A stretch of 12,958 nucleotides of DNA. Origin: an uncultured archaeon. Lineage in GTDB: Archaea; Asgardarchaeota; Lokiarchaeia; Sigyniarchaeales; SOKP01. Location: NCBI GenBank assembly GCA_964447495.1, contig CAYUTF010000088.1, forward strand, positions 1 through 12,958, given 5' to 3'. Made by a program: the position numbers and the translations under genes. Shown piece after piece: positions 1 through 8,673 of the stretch (position 1 is its first letter; each line of letters starts with the position of its first letter). The notes under the pieces are model-generated. The model saw only the letters and a program-made list of their open reading frames with translations. It made no database searches and was not told the DNA's origin.

Positions 1-428
1 GGTTCATATATGGGTTCGGTTACTGCTTTAATAAGAGGTTGATCTACAATAAAAGGATTCTCTTCGGGTTGTATCATTTCTGGTCCCAAATAGATTTCCT
101 TTGCTTTGATCTTCTTCTTATTTAATCTCACTTCTAAAGTGAATGTCTTTGGTGTTAGAAAATCAAAACCTACAAGTTGATCTTGCCCTTGAGCATTCCA
201 TTCTATTGTATTATTTCTTGTTTTTGTAATCTTATCATCAGCTTGAACATTCTCTTTATTGATAATCATTATTTTATCTTGAAAAGTTAAGGTCCCTTGA
301 AAAGAATCTTTTTTCCCTTTTTTACTCATCCATCTTAGATGGAACCCGTCTGAAAGTTTCCATAACATATATCCTGAAAACTTTTTTATATTGAAACTCG
401 GTTTACCTTTAAGTTCGTTTACATTCAT
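1..428 (-). CDS. Hypothetical protein, 3'-truncated by window edge (not in ORF track)
   Basis: Manual translation from ATG at 428 stays open to base 1: MNVNELKGKPSFNIKKFSGYMLWKLSDGFHLRWMSKKGKKDSFQGTLTF...EIYLGPEMIQPEENPFIVDQPLIKAVTEPIYE; 142 codons without a stop in very AT-rich DNA. Confidence 0.85.
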   Translation of the reverse strand, partial: MNVNELKGKPSFNIKKFSGYMLWKLSDGFHLRWMSKKGKKDSFQGTLTFQDKIMIINKENVQADDKITKTRNNTIEWNAQGQDQLVGFDFLTPKTFTLEVRLNKKKIKAKEIYLGPEMIQPEENPFIVDQPLIKAVTEPIYE

Positions 429-575
429 GAAAGCTCTTAATTATATTTTACTTTAATGTAGTTAAATTATGAAAGATTTTGTTTATAAAGATTTTTAAAA
501 CCATAAGAGATATTACTCAAACATATGAAATTGGAAATAAGCAAAGCTTACTTTTTTTCGTTTTGAAGAATTAAA

Positions 576-1742
576 TTATTGAATTTTCGATAGAAATTCA
601 TTACTTGGAACTTTTTTTGACATAAAGATGTCTACAACCTGACTCCTAAATTCAGGATCTTTTTCTGCTAATTTAAATATTTTATTAAGAAGCTTTCCAT
701 TATCTTTATAAAAAAACTCCCGCAAGGAACTTTTCAATTTAAAAGATCTCACTTGATTTTTTATTTGAGGGTGGTTTTTATACTTTTTTAAAGTGTTTTT
801 AGAAAAGTCTTCTTCTTCAAAGGCATATATAGCGGTTTCTGCAGCGATTTTACCCGATAACATTGCATGTTGGATGCCTTCACCACTAATTGGAGAAACA
901 AAACCACCAGTATCCCCAACAAGCATGATATGATCATCAACCAAACTTTTCTCAATTATTCCATTCACAGGAAAGGGATAAGCACCTGACCAACATACTT
1001 TATAATCCGAATTACCAAGAAATTGTTTAATTTGTGGATTTTTTATAAAATCCTCATATAAACTATTTAGATTATAATTGAGATTATCCTCAGAAAAGGT
1101 ATAGATACCAATATTTAAATGCAATTCATCTAATGGGAATATCCAGGCATATCCTTTAAATGGTTTAAAGTAAATATAGATGGACTGTTCATCAAGTTGA
1201 TGTTTCCCTTCCATTATAGCACACTTACCATTTGCCAATTCTTCAATTTTCCACTTATCTCGTATACCCGATTTAAAAGCTAATTTTGAACTCATTCCAT
1301 CAGCTATTATCATGATTTTTCCATAATACTCCTTCGTACCTGATGGTGATCTTGTTTTTATTCCAATTTTCGTTTGATTTTTTGTTATAAAATCATATGA
1401 AAGATTTTTATCAAATATTTCTGCACCAGTGTCTATAGCCATATTTCTTATATAATTATCAAGCTCTAAACGATCCATAATAGTGCCACGTGATTGCTTT
1501 GGTGCTTTATATTCTAATTTATGAAATTCCGCAGAATGCATTATTATTGTCCTAATTTTTGGTAAATTTAATTTTCTCAATCTAGGATACATATCAAGAA
1601 CTTTATGATTAAGCCCACCCCCACAAGGTTTTCTCCAGGTAGTATCCTTTTCTATTAAAGCCACTTTAAATCCTGCTTTAGCTAAAACATCGGCACACTG
1701 AGAGCCCGATGGACCCGCACCTGAAATTATAACATCAAACAT
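576..1742 (-). CDS. Geranylgeranyl reductase family FAD-dependent oxidoreductase (DGGR-like)
   Basis: N-terminal FAD-binding DVIISGAGPSG, KPCGGG motif, DRxxLD, IIADG, GYAWIFP and LVGDTGGFVSPISGEGI motifs; 388 aa is typical of the family. Confidence 0.92.
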   Translation of the reverse strand: MFDVIISGAGPSGSQCADVLAKAGFKVALIEKDTTWRKPCGGGLNHKVLDMYPRLRKLNLPKIRTIIMHSAEFHKLEYKAPKQSRGTIMDRLELDNYIRNMAIDTGAEIFDKNLSYDFITKNQTKIGIKTRSPSGTKEYYGKIMIIADGMSSKLAFKSGIRDKWKIEELANGKCAIMEGKHQLDEQSIYIYFKPFKGYAWIFPLDELHLNIGIYTFSEDNLNYNLNSLYEDFIKNPQIKQFLGNSDYKVCWSGAYPFPVNGIIEKSLVDDHIMLVGDTGGFVSPISGEGIQHAMLSGKIAAETAIYAFEEEDFSKNTLKKYKNHPQIKNQVRSFKLKSSLREFFYKDNGKLLNKIFKLAEKDPEFRSQVVDIFMSKKVPSNEFLSKIQ

Positions 1743-2031
1743 AAATTATCGACAAATTCTTTAATTTAGTTAATAGGACGCCATTCAATATTAGACTAAT
1801 TAATTAAATACTGATTTAAAGTTTTGTGGGAAATTAAAATATTAAACTATGAAATATACTTATATGATTGGATAAAACAGAGTTTCCATAAATGATTTCT
1901 TATCCATTTACAACGGATAAAAAAATATATCTGTAATATCAAAGTAATTAAAGATGCACAATAAATACATTAAATATTTCTCTTAAGAAACATTTCTTTT
2001 ACTTAAGAAATATAATATTTGGGGTCTTCTT

Positions 2032-2415
2032 ATGAAAAGTGATCAACATGTTGAAAAAGGATATAGTTCTAAAGAGATTGTTGGAAAGTTTATTGTTTTG
2101 AATAAATCGCAAACTAAATGGCTGGAAGGTTGGGTTGCCATTGAGAAAAATTTAAAAGAATTTTCGAAGACTTTGAGAGAAGAGATCGAATATGAGTGGA
2201 AATATGATAAATTAATTTTTGAAAATCTTAAACTTTTTGCGGTTGATATGAAAGATAAGACTATTATTGAAATAGTTGATAATATGATATTGAATAAAAT
2301 TAGGAGAAATGATAAGGTTCTCATAGTTCTTCTCGACAAATCGACAGGGGTAAAAAATGTTGAAGATATTGAGCTTGTCAATAAATGGGTTGTTCAAAAT
2401 ATAACACATTATTAA
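2032..2415 (+). CDS. Hypothetical soluble protein, 127 aa
   Basis: ATG-initiated ORF with natural K/E/I/V-rich composition, divergent from the GGR gene and followed by a hairpin and T-tract; no family motif recognised. Confidence 0.75.
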   Translation: MKSDQHVEKGYSSKEIVGKFIVLNKSQTKWLEGWVAIEKNLKEFSKTLREEIEYEWKYDKLIFENLKLFAVDMKDKTIIEIVDNMILNKIRRNDKVLIVLLDKSTGVKNVEDIELVNKWVVQNITHY

Positions 2416-2456
2416 ATTATTATAGATTTAATAATGTGCTGAAAGCCTTTTTTTTT
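2405..2456 (+). terminator. Hairpin plus oligo-T putative terminator
   Basis: Perfect 13-bp inverted repeat CACATTATTAAAT (2405-2417) / ATTTAATAATGTG (2426-2438) overlapping the stop codon, then T9 at 2448-2456. Confidence 0.6.
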
Positions 2457-2578
2457 AATATATAGGTTAAGAACTTCTTTTTTCTTTATGTTATCTCTGA
2501 ATGTCCATATAGTAATATTATGCCTTGATGTACACACATAAGTATAGAGAATTTCAACTAAAGATATAATACCTGAGA

Positions 2579-3139
2579 TTAACTAAAACTGACAAACTTT
2601 TGAGTAAAAAGCGCATACCCATATTCATCAAGCCCACCACATTGTTCTATTATTTTTTCGGGTATAGGGTTATTTCCAATTCTTAATTTCTGTAATTTAG
2701 CGAGGTTTTCAAGGCCTTCAATATTCGATATACAATTACCATATAAATTCAAATCCCTTAAGTTTTTTAACTTATCTAATCCTTTAATTCTTTTTACCTT
2801 ATTATCTTCCAGTGAAAGAACTTCTAAATCTGTCAAAGTAGTTAATCCCTCTATTTGCTCAATTTCATTATTTGAAAGATATAAAATCTTTAATCTTCGA
2901 AGGTGCTCCAAACCTGTAATCTTGGTTATTTTATTGCCATAGAGATTCAACTTTTCTAAATTAAATATTGAATCTAAATTTTCAATAAGAGAAATATGGT
3001 TTTTAAAGAGAATCAGACTTTTTAAATCAGTAATTTTTTCCAATCCCTTAATTTGAGAGATATTATATAATTGCATATTTCCTAAGTATAAGGTGTGATC
3101 CTTAACTAAAACTTTCTTTCCGTGTACTATAACAAACAT
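2579..3139 (-). CDS. SDS22-like leucine-rich repeat protein
   Basis: Five full 22-aa repeats LxxLxLxxNxIxxIxGLxxLxx plus partial repeats at each end, finishing in LRIGNNPI. Confidence 0.93.
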   Translation of the reverse strand: MFVIVHGKKVLVKDHTLYLGNMQLYNISQIKGLEKITDLKSLILFKNHISLIENLDSIFNLEKLNLYGNKITKITGLEHLRRLKILYLSNNEIEQIEGLTTLTDLEVLSLEDNKVKRIKGLDKLKNLRDLNLYGNCISNIEGLENLAKLQKLRIGNNPIPEKIIEQCGGLDEYGYALFTQKFVSFS

Positions 3140-3171
3140 TTCTGTAAATTTTTAGTTATTAATAATAGAGC

Positions 3172-3702
3172 TTACCGCCATGAAGTATTATAAGTCTCGA
3201 GCATAAGAGTCGTTAAAGTTTCAAAAAGGTTTTCTACATTATGCCCTGATTTACTAGATGTTTCTAAGAATGTACTTAATTTTCGTGATTTCGAAAAATC
3301 ATTACCTTCTTCAATGCTTACTTGCCGATCTTCTTCTAAATCTTCCTTCCCTCCAGTTAATACAATTGGAAAATCCTGATTAGTCTCTCTAATCACCGAA
3401 AGCCAATCATCCACATGGCTAAGTGATGCTGAATTTGTGATATCATACATCATAATGCCTCCATGTGAACCTTTTATATAACCTCCAAGGAAAAATCGAA
3501 AGCGTTCTTCTCCACCAAAATCCCAAATCTGCAATTTGATATTCTTTTTATCGATCTTAAGTTTTTTTGTCTCTAAGCTCACTCCAATTGTCATATGTGT
3601 ATCGGATACAAATCGATTCGTCATATATCTCTTTGCTAAGGCAGTTTTACCACATCCCGCGTCCCCAAAAATACATACCTTAAAAATAGCATCAAATGAC
3701 AT
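3172..3702 (-). CDS. Rab-like small GTPase (Ras superfamily), paralog A
   Basis: G1 GDAGCGKT, G2 TIGV, KLQIW-DFGGE (G3), RFR, YDIT, G4 variant GKED, G5 ETSSK; GAGGA upstream of the ATG; no C-terminal Cys motif. Confidence 0.95.
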   Translation of the reverse strand: MSFDAIFKVCIFGDAGCGKTALAKRYMTNRFVSDTHMTIGVSLETKKLKIDKKNIKLQIWDFGGEERFRFFLGGYIKGSHGGIMMYDITNSASLSHVDDWLSVIRETNQDFPIVLTGGKEDLEEDRQVSIEEGNDFSKSRKLSTFLETSSKSGHNVENLFETLTTLMLETYNTSWR

Positions 3703-3815
3703 ATAATATCCTCAATTCTAATATTACTAACGCCTTTAATAAATAATATTTAATAAAACTAATTAAAAAATTTTTAGCAAATATATTAAAAAGTGTCTAA
3801 TAGATTATCTTCATT

Positions 3816-3830
3816 AAAAAAAAAAAGAAA
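3816..3830 (-). terminator. Oligo-T terminator of VOC gene
   Basis: Minus strand reads TTTC followed by T11 immediately after the stop codon at 3831. Confidence 0.6.
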
Positions 3831-4208
3831 TTATTTTGCAGTGGGGTCTTCCTGCATGACTCCTGTGACAATTCCTTCGAAATCTTTAATATAAACTAAC
3901 CAACCAACTCCTGGGACCGCATGTTTTGGGCGGACAATCTTGCCACCATTTTCTTCTGCTTTTTTAACAATAGCATCTACATTTTTCACATCGACTGTAT
4001 TAACCACTGAAGGAAAATCTTCCTCTGCTAAACCTAAACCCCCATCAATTCCTGGTTCACTCTCATCTCCCGTCATGATTAACCAGTAATCCATAGGACC
4101 TTCCCATTTCTCAATTTTCCAGCCAAATACATTCTTATAAAACTCCATCGTTTTATCAATATCCTTGACATTTAGTTCAAAATGGACAATTCTAGCCGTA
4201 AATCTCAA
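3831..4208 (-). CDS. VOC / glyoxalase-bleomycin resistance family protein (start uncertain)
   Basis: RIVHFE, FYKNVFGW, PGIDGG, GGKIV...VPGVGW...DFEG motifs typical of single-domain VOC proteins; called start is TTG. Confidence 0.92.
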   Translation of the reverse strand: MRFTARIVHFELNVKDIDKTMEFYKNVFGWKIEKWEGPMDYWLIMTGDESEPGIDGGLGLAEEDFPSVVNTVDVKNVDAIVKKAEENGGKIVRPKHAVPGVGWLVYIKDFEGIVTGVMQEDPTAK

Positions 4209-4307
4209 CTCGTATTTAGTTGATATAGTAGATTTTAGCCATAATGTAAAACTCCCTATTATAAAATATTAATACGTTAGCTTTAACTTGAATTTTCTTA
4301 TGAGACC

Positions 4308-4353
4308 AAAAAAGAATATTAAAAGAAAAAAAGATTTGAAATTTAAAATTTCA
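4308..4353 (-). terminator. Palindrome plus T-rich tracts downstream of NlpC/P60 gene
   Basis: TGAAATTT-A-AAATTTCA inverted repeat (4337-4353) followed on the minus strand by T-runs (A-runs at 4321-4332 and 4308-4313 on plus). Confidence 0.45.
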
Positions 4354-4373
4354 TTTAATTGTCTCTTTATAAT

Positions 4374-5651
4374 CTAAAAGACTGAATCTATTTTAAACCA
4401 GATTGTATATCGACAGTCTCCCATATCATAGCGAGACCCTGACCAGTACCATCCATTATTTATATAATTATGCCACGATGATGGGCTCCACCACCATTGA
4501 AATATAGGATAGTCATCATCACCGGAAGTAGAATCATATTCTGACGCCTGAACCCTAACTTTGCAATATGAATTGTAAGAAAGAAGTGCAAAGTGATAAT
4601 TATTCCAATCTAACGCTTCATGGCTTCCTGCTTTTTCATAATCATCTCCCGCATCGTCAATTTTATCAAGATGATTATCATTTAGATCACCACCCGCAGC
4701 ACAGCTTGGGAAGTATGCTTCACCAATCCAAAGCTTAAGATACATCTCGCCATCTCCCATAAGCCACCCTTCATGCTCATCATCATAGTATACCTCATCA
4801 ATATATACTGTTAATTTATACAAATCATTAGATGCATCCACAGCATACGCACCACCAGGTACACTATTACCATTAGGATCAGAATTCATTTCTAATGCGA
4901 TTACCTGAGCATATTGGGACCAATAAAGATCTTCTGGGGAAACTCCAATATTAAAGGGTGAGAAATCACCATCAAGATCTATCCCTAGCACTGATTTGTA
5001 CGCTGCCCACGCTAATTCTGAACAATAATATCCATCAGGCGCAATTTCTGGATCTGCTGTATCAATACCGACTTGTTTACCAAGCCAATTCCAATCATAA
5101 CCCTCATCTAAACCGATTTTACTTACCGCAAAATTTACAATCGCTTGACGTTCAGAGGCACTCATTAAATATCCTCCTGGTTTTAGAACTCGCATTGCAA
5201 CTACATTTCCCGCATGGTTATTTACAACATTATTGAAACGAGATGTCCTTAACCCCGAGTCAATAGAATCTTTTGTCGAGTGGACCACCCATGTCTCTCC
5301 TTGGGGTACCCACATACCCTCTTCTACAGCCCAAACTTCATGATATCCCGCAATTCCCCCAACAATTACCGTATGAGACCATTTTCCGGGAATTAAAAAA
5401 TCAAAAAAGGTGTCATCCGTCCCTAATAGGATTATATCTCCTGGCAAAAGATTATTCGGACTCATATCATTTGTTCCAGAACTAGCAAACGCAATTTTTA
5501 CATTTTCCGATGATAGCTCGTCTTGAAAACTGGGTGTAACAACAAACGATGCACCATACACAGAGATCAAGCTAGATATCATCAAACAAGGAAAAATCAA
5601 TAGAATTAAGGCTAATATTGCTCTCTTTTTTATTGAATTTCTACCATTCAT
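4374..5651 (-). CDS. Secreted permuted papain-like NlpC/P60 enzyme (YiiX/YaeF/LRAT-like) with C-terminal C2-like domain
   Basis: Basic N-terminus plus hydrophobic signal; LLPGDIIL, GKWSH (His93), VVHS (His124), K-I-G...YDW, YYCSELAWAAY (Cys210), VSPEDL; His precedes Cys, the permuted order; acidic beta-rich C-terminal region with EYDSTSGDDD. Confidence 0.85.
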   Translation of the reverse strand: MNGRNSIKKRAILALILLIFPCLMISSLISVYGASFVVTPSFQDELSSENVKIAFASSGTNDMSPNNLLPGDIILLGTDDTFFDFLIPGKWSHTVIVGGIAGYHEVWAVEEGMWVPQGETWVVHSTKDSIDSGLRTSRFNNVVNNHAGNVVAMRVLKPGGYLMSASERQAIVNFAVSKIGLDEGYDWNWLGKQVGIDTADPEIAPDGYYCSELAWAAYKSVLGIDLDGDFSPFNIGVSPEDLYWSQYAQVIALEMNSDPNGNSVPGGAYAVDASNDLYKLTVYIDEVYYDDEHEGWLMGDGEMYLKLWIGEAYFPSCAAGGDLNDNHLDKIDDAGDDYEKAGSHEALDWNNYHFALLSYNSYCKVRVQASEYDSTSGDDDYPIFQWWWSPSSWHNYINNGWYWSGSRYDMGDCRYTIWFKIDSVF

Positions 5652-5906
5652 GGATTCTCACATTTTAGTAAATATATGATTACTTTAGTAATAGGTTAAA
5701 GTTATATATAAAAGTTAACGTTGATTTGCAAATATCTCATATCTAATTACGTATGAATTTCGAAGTTATACCCTATTTTCGTTATTAAGCTCACGACAAA
5801 AAATGATTTGGGTAAGATTTAGGGTATAAATAATGCGATGAGAATGATATTATATCTTACCACTAGTCACTATCTTGATTGACACCTCATCCTTAAGATG
5901 GGGAAT

Positions 5907-7211
5907 TCATTGGTTTAAGTATAAGAATCGTTCCAAGTAATAAAGCCAGACTTGACCATAAGGATTATTCACCAGCATTTCATTCGCATGTCCAGCGAAA
6001 GGAAATAATAATCTACAACATTTTACTCCAGCCAGATCCATTGCAACTTCGATTTCTTCTGACATATAAGGTTGAACTAAAGCATCAGACATACCTTGGA
6101 AAATAAGTGCTGGTGGATCATTTGCGTCGACTAATTTAGAGGGCGTAAAGGCTTCAAATATATTCGAAGGCGAAGTATAAGGCACTCCTAAGAGCTTGTC
6201 GCCCAACCCTGAAGCGATCTCTCTTATATTATTTCCAGGATACAGTGGAACGATTGCGTTTATTGTCAAATTCTTAGCAAATGTATTATTGTAATATTCC
6301 GAATAAATACCTTCTCCTTCATTATATCCAAACCCTACTACTCCCGTAAGATGACCTCCCGCAGAGCCGCCCATTATGAATAAACTATCGAGATTTGCAT
6401 TATACGTGGTAGCATAATCTGAAACCAACTGTTTAGTAAAATTCCCTATATGCCGTACTTGATCTTTAATGGTGATATTTTCTCCGATATTTCTCGGATC
6501 AAATCCCGCAGCGCTAAAGTATTCGCGTACGTCCGGCATGTCGATCAAACCGTATTGAATATCAAAGATCACATACCCTTGAGCAGCTAAATATTTTATA
6601 ATTAAAGTTCCCTGCCCTTTATCACCAGTCGCCCAACCACCTCCATGAATCATGATTATAGTACTTCGGTTTCCCGGAAGATTTGGATTACTTTCCATCG
6701 GCATGTAAACATCAAAAAGAAGGCGAATCTCTCCATCATCATAGTATTCTATATCCCGATCCACTCTACATTCACTACCAGGCCATCCCAGAAATGCAGG
6801 TCCAAACGTAAATGGAGAGGATAAAAAATAATTGCTTTTTACATCATCTGGGATTTGATGTTCCCAATTTTCCCCAAAAGCCACTGAAAACTCAGATTCT
6901 GCGTAAGAAATTGAGATCGGTGTCGTTATTATGGGAAGACTCATCATAATTGTAAGTACCATGCCAGTTATCGCAATACTCAAATGCAACTTACGTCTCT
7001 TCTGTTTATTTATTAATTTAAGGAATAGAATTGTAGTTGCAAACATGATAATGATTTGAAAAGTAAGAAGTTGGGGGATAATAACTCCAAATACTCTTGA
7101 AAAGGGATCTATCCCTCCCGTAAATAAAATATAAATTATATAAAAACCAAATATGAGCGTCCCAGAACAAAGCCCTCCTAATAATATTTTTATAATCTTA
7201 AGCTTATTCAA
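5907..7211 (-). CDS. Membrane-anchored alpha/beta hydrolase (HSL-like esterase/lipase)
   Basis: Three N-terminal hydrophobic helices; LLFDVYMP, oxyanion HGGGW, nucleophile GGSAGGHL, catalytic Asp (QGMSDALV) and His (AGHA); TTG start preceded by AGGAG (7223-7227). Confidence 0.92.
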   Translation of the reverse strand: MNKLKIIKILLGGLCSGTLIFGFYIIYILFTGGIDPFSRVFGVIIPQLLTFQIIIMFATTILFLKLINKQKRRKLHLSIAITGMVLTIMMSLPIITTPISISYAESEFSVAFGENWEHQIPDDVKSNYFLSSPFTFGPAFLGWPGSECRVDRDIEYYDDGEIRLLFDVYMPMESNPNLPGNRSTIIMIHGGGWATGDKGQGTLIIKYLAAQGYVIFDIQYGLIDMPDVREYFSAAGFDPRNIGENITIKDQVRHIGNFTKQLVSDYATTYNANLDSLFIMGGSAGGHLTGVVGFGYNEGEGIYSEYYNNTFAKNLTINAIVPLYPGNNIREIASGLGDKLLGVPYTSPSNIFEAFTPSKLVDANDPPALIFQGMSDALVQPYMSEEIEVAMDLAGVKCCRLLFPFAGHANEMLVNNPYGQVWLYYLERFLYLNQ

Positions 7212-7644
7212 AATGCATTACACTCCTATTATCTATGTTTATTATATCAAAATATGCTAATAATACTCCAAAAGTAGCAATTCCAATTAATGCTATTAAT
7301 GCCAAAATAAGAAACATAAGTGGAGAAGAAGCAAGATAAGCTGAAGTTAGACTGTAGAGCGTGTATACCCCCATGCTTATTATAATAAAGATCAACATAT
7401 AATAGCTAAATCGATTTATTTTTTTTCCAATAATATTAGCCTTCAGGATCACTTTATCATTGAAGTAGACTAATGCTATGTCTAAAATCCAAGTAATAAA
7501 TAAGATAATCCCCAGAAGATTCCATAGCCAAAAAAAACTGGTTGTTGCTAAACTATAGTAAATACTTCCAGAAACGAGAGTGACTATATTCAGGATAATT
7601 GAAATTTCACAAATTAATTTAAAATATCTCTTTTTTAGCTTTAT
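7204..7644 (-). CDS. Four-TM membrane protein; probably longer than the 82-aa call, start uncertain
   Basis: The frame of 7204..7452 stays open up to 7674 and adds KLKKRYFKLICEISIILNIVTLVSGSIYYSLATTSFFWLWNLLGIILFITWILDIALVYFNDK (two more TM helices); no in-frame ATG/GTG/TTG upstream of 7452; candidate ATA at 7642-7644; overlaps the hydrolase start by 8 nt. Confidence 0.65.
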   Translation of the reverse strand: MKLKKRYFKLICEISIILNIVTLVSGSIYYSLATTSFFWLWNLLGIILFITWILDIALVYFNDKVILKANIIGKKINRFSYYMLIFIIISMGVYTLYSLTSAYLASSPLMFLILALIALIGIATFGVLLAYFDIINIDNRSVMHFE

Positions 7645-7845
7645 AATACCCCACCGTAAAATTTGCTGTAAGATTTAATATAATAGTAAATAACTACTTT
7701 ATAATTAGTAATATCCTATTTTAGCATTTAAGGATAAGTATTAAACAGGAATCTAATCATACACTATTGAACGTTGATATTATGAAATAGACAAGATTTG
7801 AAATCATAATAAAAGAAATGAATGATTATTATTATTTTTCTCTTT

Positions 7846-8664
7846 TCATAATTCTGGTTTAGTTTTATTTATACGTTCTTTATTAATACGTTCTAAAAGT
7901 TCCTCTTCTGTAAGCTCTTTTTCTTCAATTATTTGAAAATCTTTATTGAAATATCGTTTTAATTTTTTAGGCATAACCCACGCAACAAATGTACATAGTG
8001 AATAAAAAATAGTGAATCCTAGTATTATATATGAGAATATATTATTTGGGAAGGCATAAATCCCTATCACGTTATGAGGTATGAAATAGTATATAAATAT
8101 GCTTAAAGCATAAGCTAGAGAGCTAATGCTAATCAAATAATACCGCTTTTTTATCCAAGGCTCTATGTTTTCGGACTTAAGTGATCTATAGTACCGAAGG
8201 GAAATGATACCTAGCCATCCGTGAGAAAGCAAAAACGATATCGTTATTGAGAAGAGGATATAATAATAAAATATCAAATCAGATTCATTTAAAGCATAAG
8301 TCATGGGAATAGAAATATTGAAATTTAATCTGATTATGAAATCTATGCTTCTTACAATAATAAGGATAAGAAGCAGGATTGTAAAAGGGCTCTTTTTATA
8401 CTTATAAAAGGTTAATTTGGTAAATATTATTAAAAGGATGTTTGGAAATTGGATTAGGAGTAAGTAAATCGGAAATAACGATGGAATAATCACAATAAAA
8501 AAAATGCGAAGACTGCTAATTATCAGAAATAGAATTAAGGGAACGAGATTATATCTTTTGGTTTTTAACATTTTTTTTAATAAAAATATTGCCACGACAA
8601 GTTGTAGAACGATCCATACTACTTGTAGCGAGTAATTGAAGATTATTTCAACTTGAAATAACAT
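7846..8664 (-). CDS. Seven-transmembrane hypothetical membrane protein
   Basis: Seven hydrophobic segments counted by eye, basic loops after TM1, TM3 and TM5, WVMPxxLKRYFN after TM7 and a charged C-terminal tail; AGGAGG RBS. Confidence 0.85.
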   Translation of the reverse strand: MLFQVEIIFNYSLQVVWIVLQLVVAIFLLKKMLKTKRYNLVPLILFLIISSLRIFFIVIIPSLFPIYLLLIQFPNILLIIFTKLTFYKYKKSPFTILLLILIIVRSIDFIIRLNFNISIPMTYALNESDLIFYYYILFSITISFLLSHGWLGIISLRYYRSLKSENIEPWIKKRYYLISISSLAYALSIFIYYFIPHNVIGIYAFPNNIFSYIILGFTIFYSLCTFVAWVMPKKLKRYFNKDFQIIEEKELTEEELLERINKERINKTKPEL

Positions 8665-8673
8665 TTTAATTTT

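Noticed and set aside
1981-2010. CTTAAGAAA direct repeat (1982 and 2002) in the divergent promoter region
   Set aside because: Short AT-rich match expected by chance; no cognate regulator gene in the window.
2043-2409. Minus-strand ORFs 2043..2381 and 2212..2409
   Set aside because: Antisense shadows of the 2032..2415 gene with Ser/Ile/Phe/Asn-skewed composition.
4958-5485. Plus-strand ORFs 4958..5236 and 5273..5485
   Set aside because: Fully antisense to the motif-supported NlpC/P60 gene; no recognisable features.
7846-8664. 7-TM protein as a microbial rhodopsin or true class A GPCR
   Set aside because: No retinal-binding Lys within TM7 and no DRY or NPxxY motifs; only the topology is similar.
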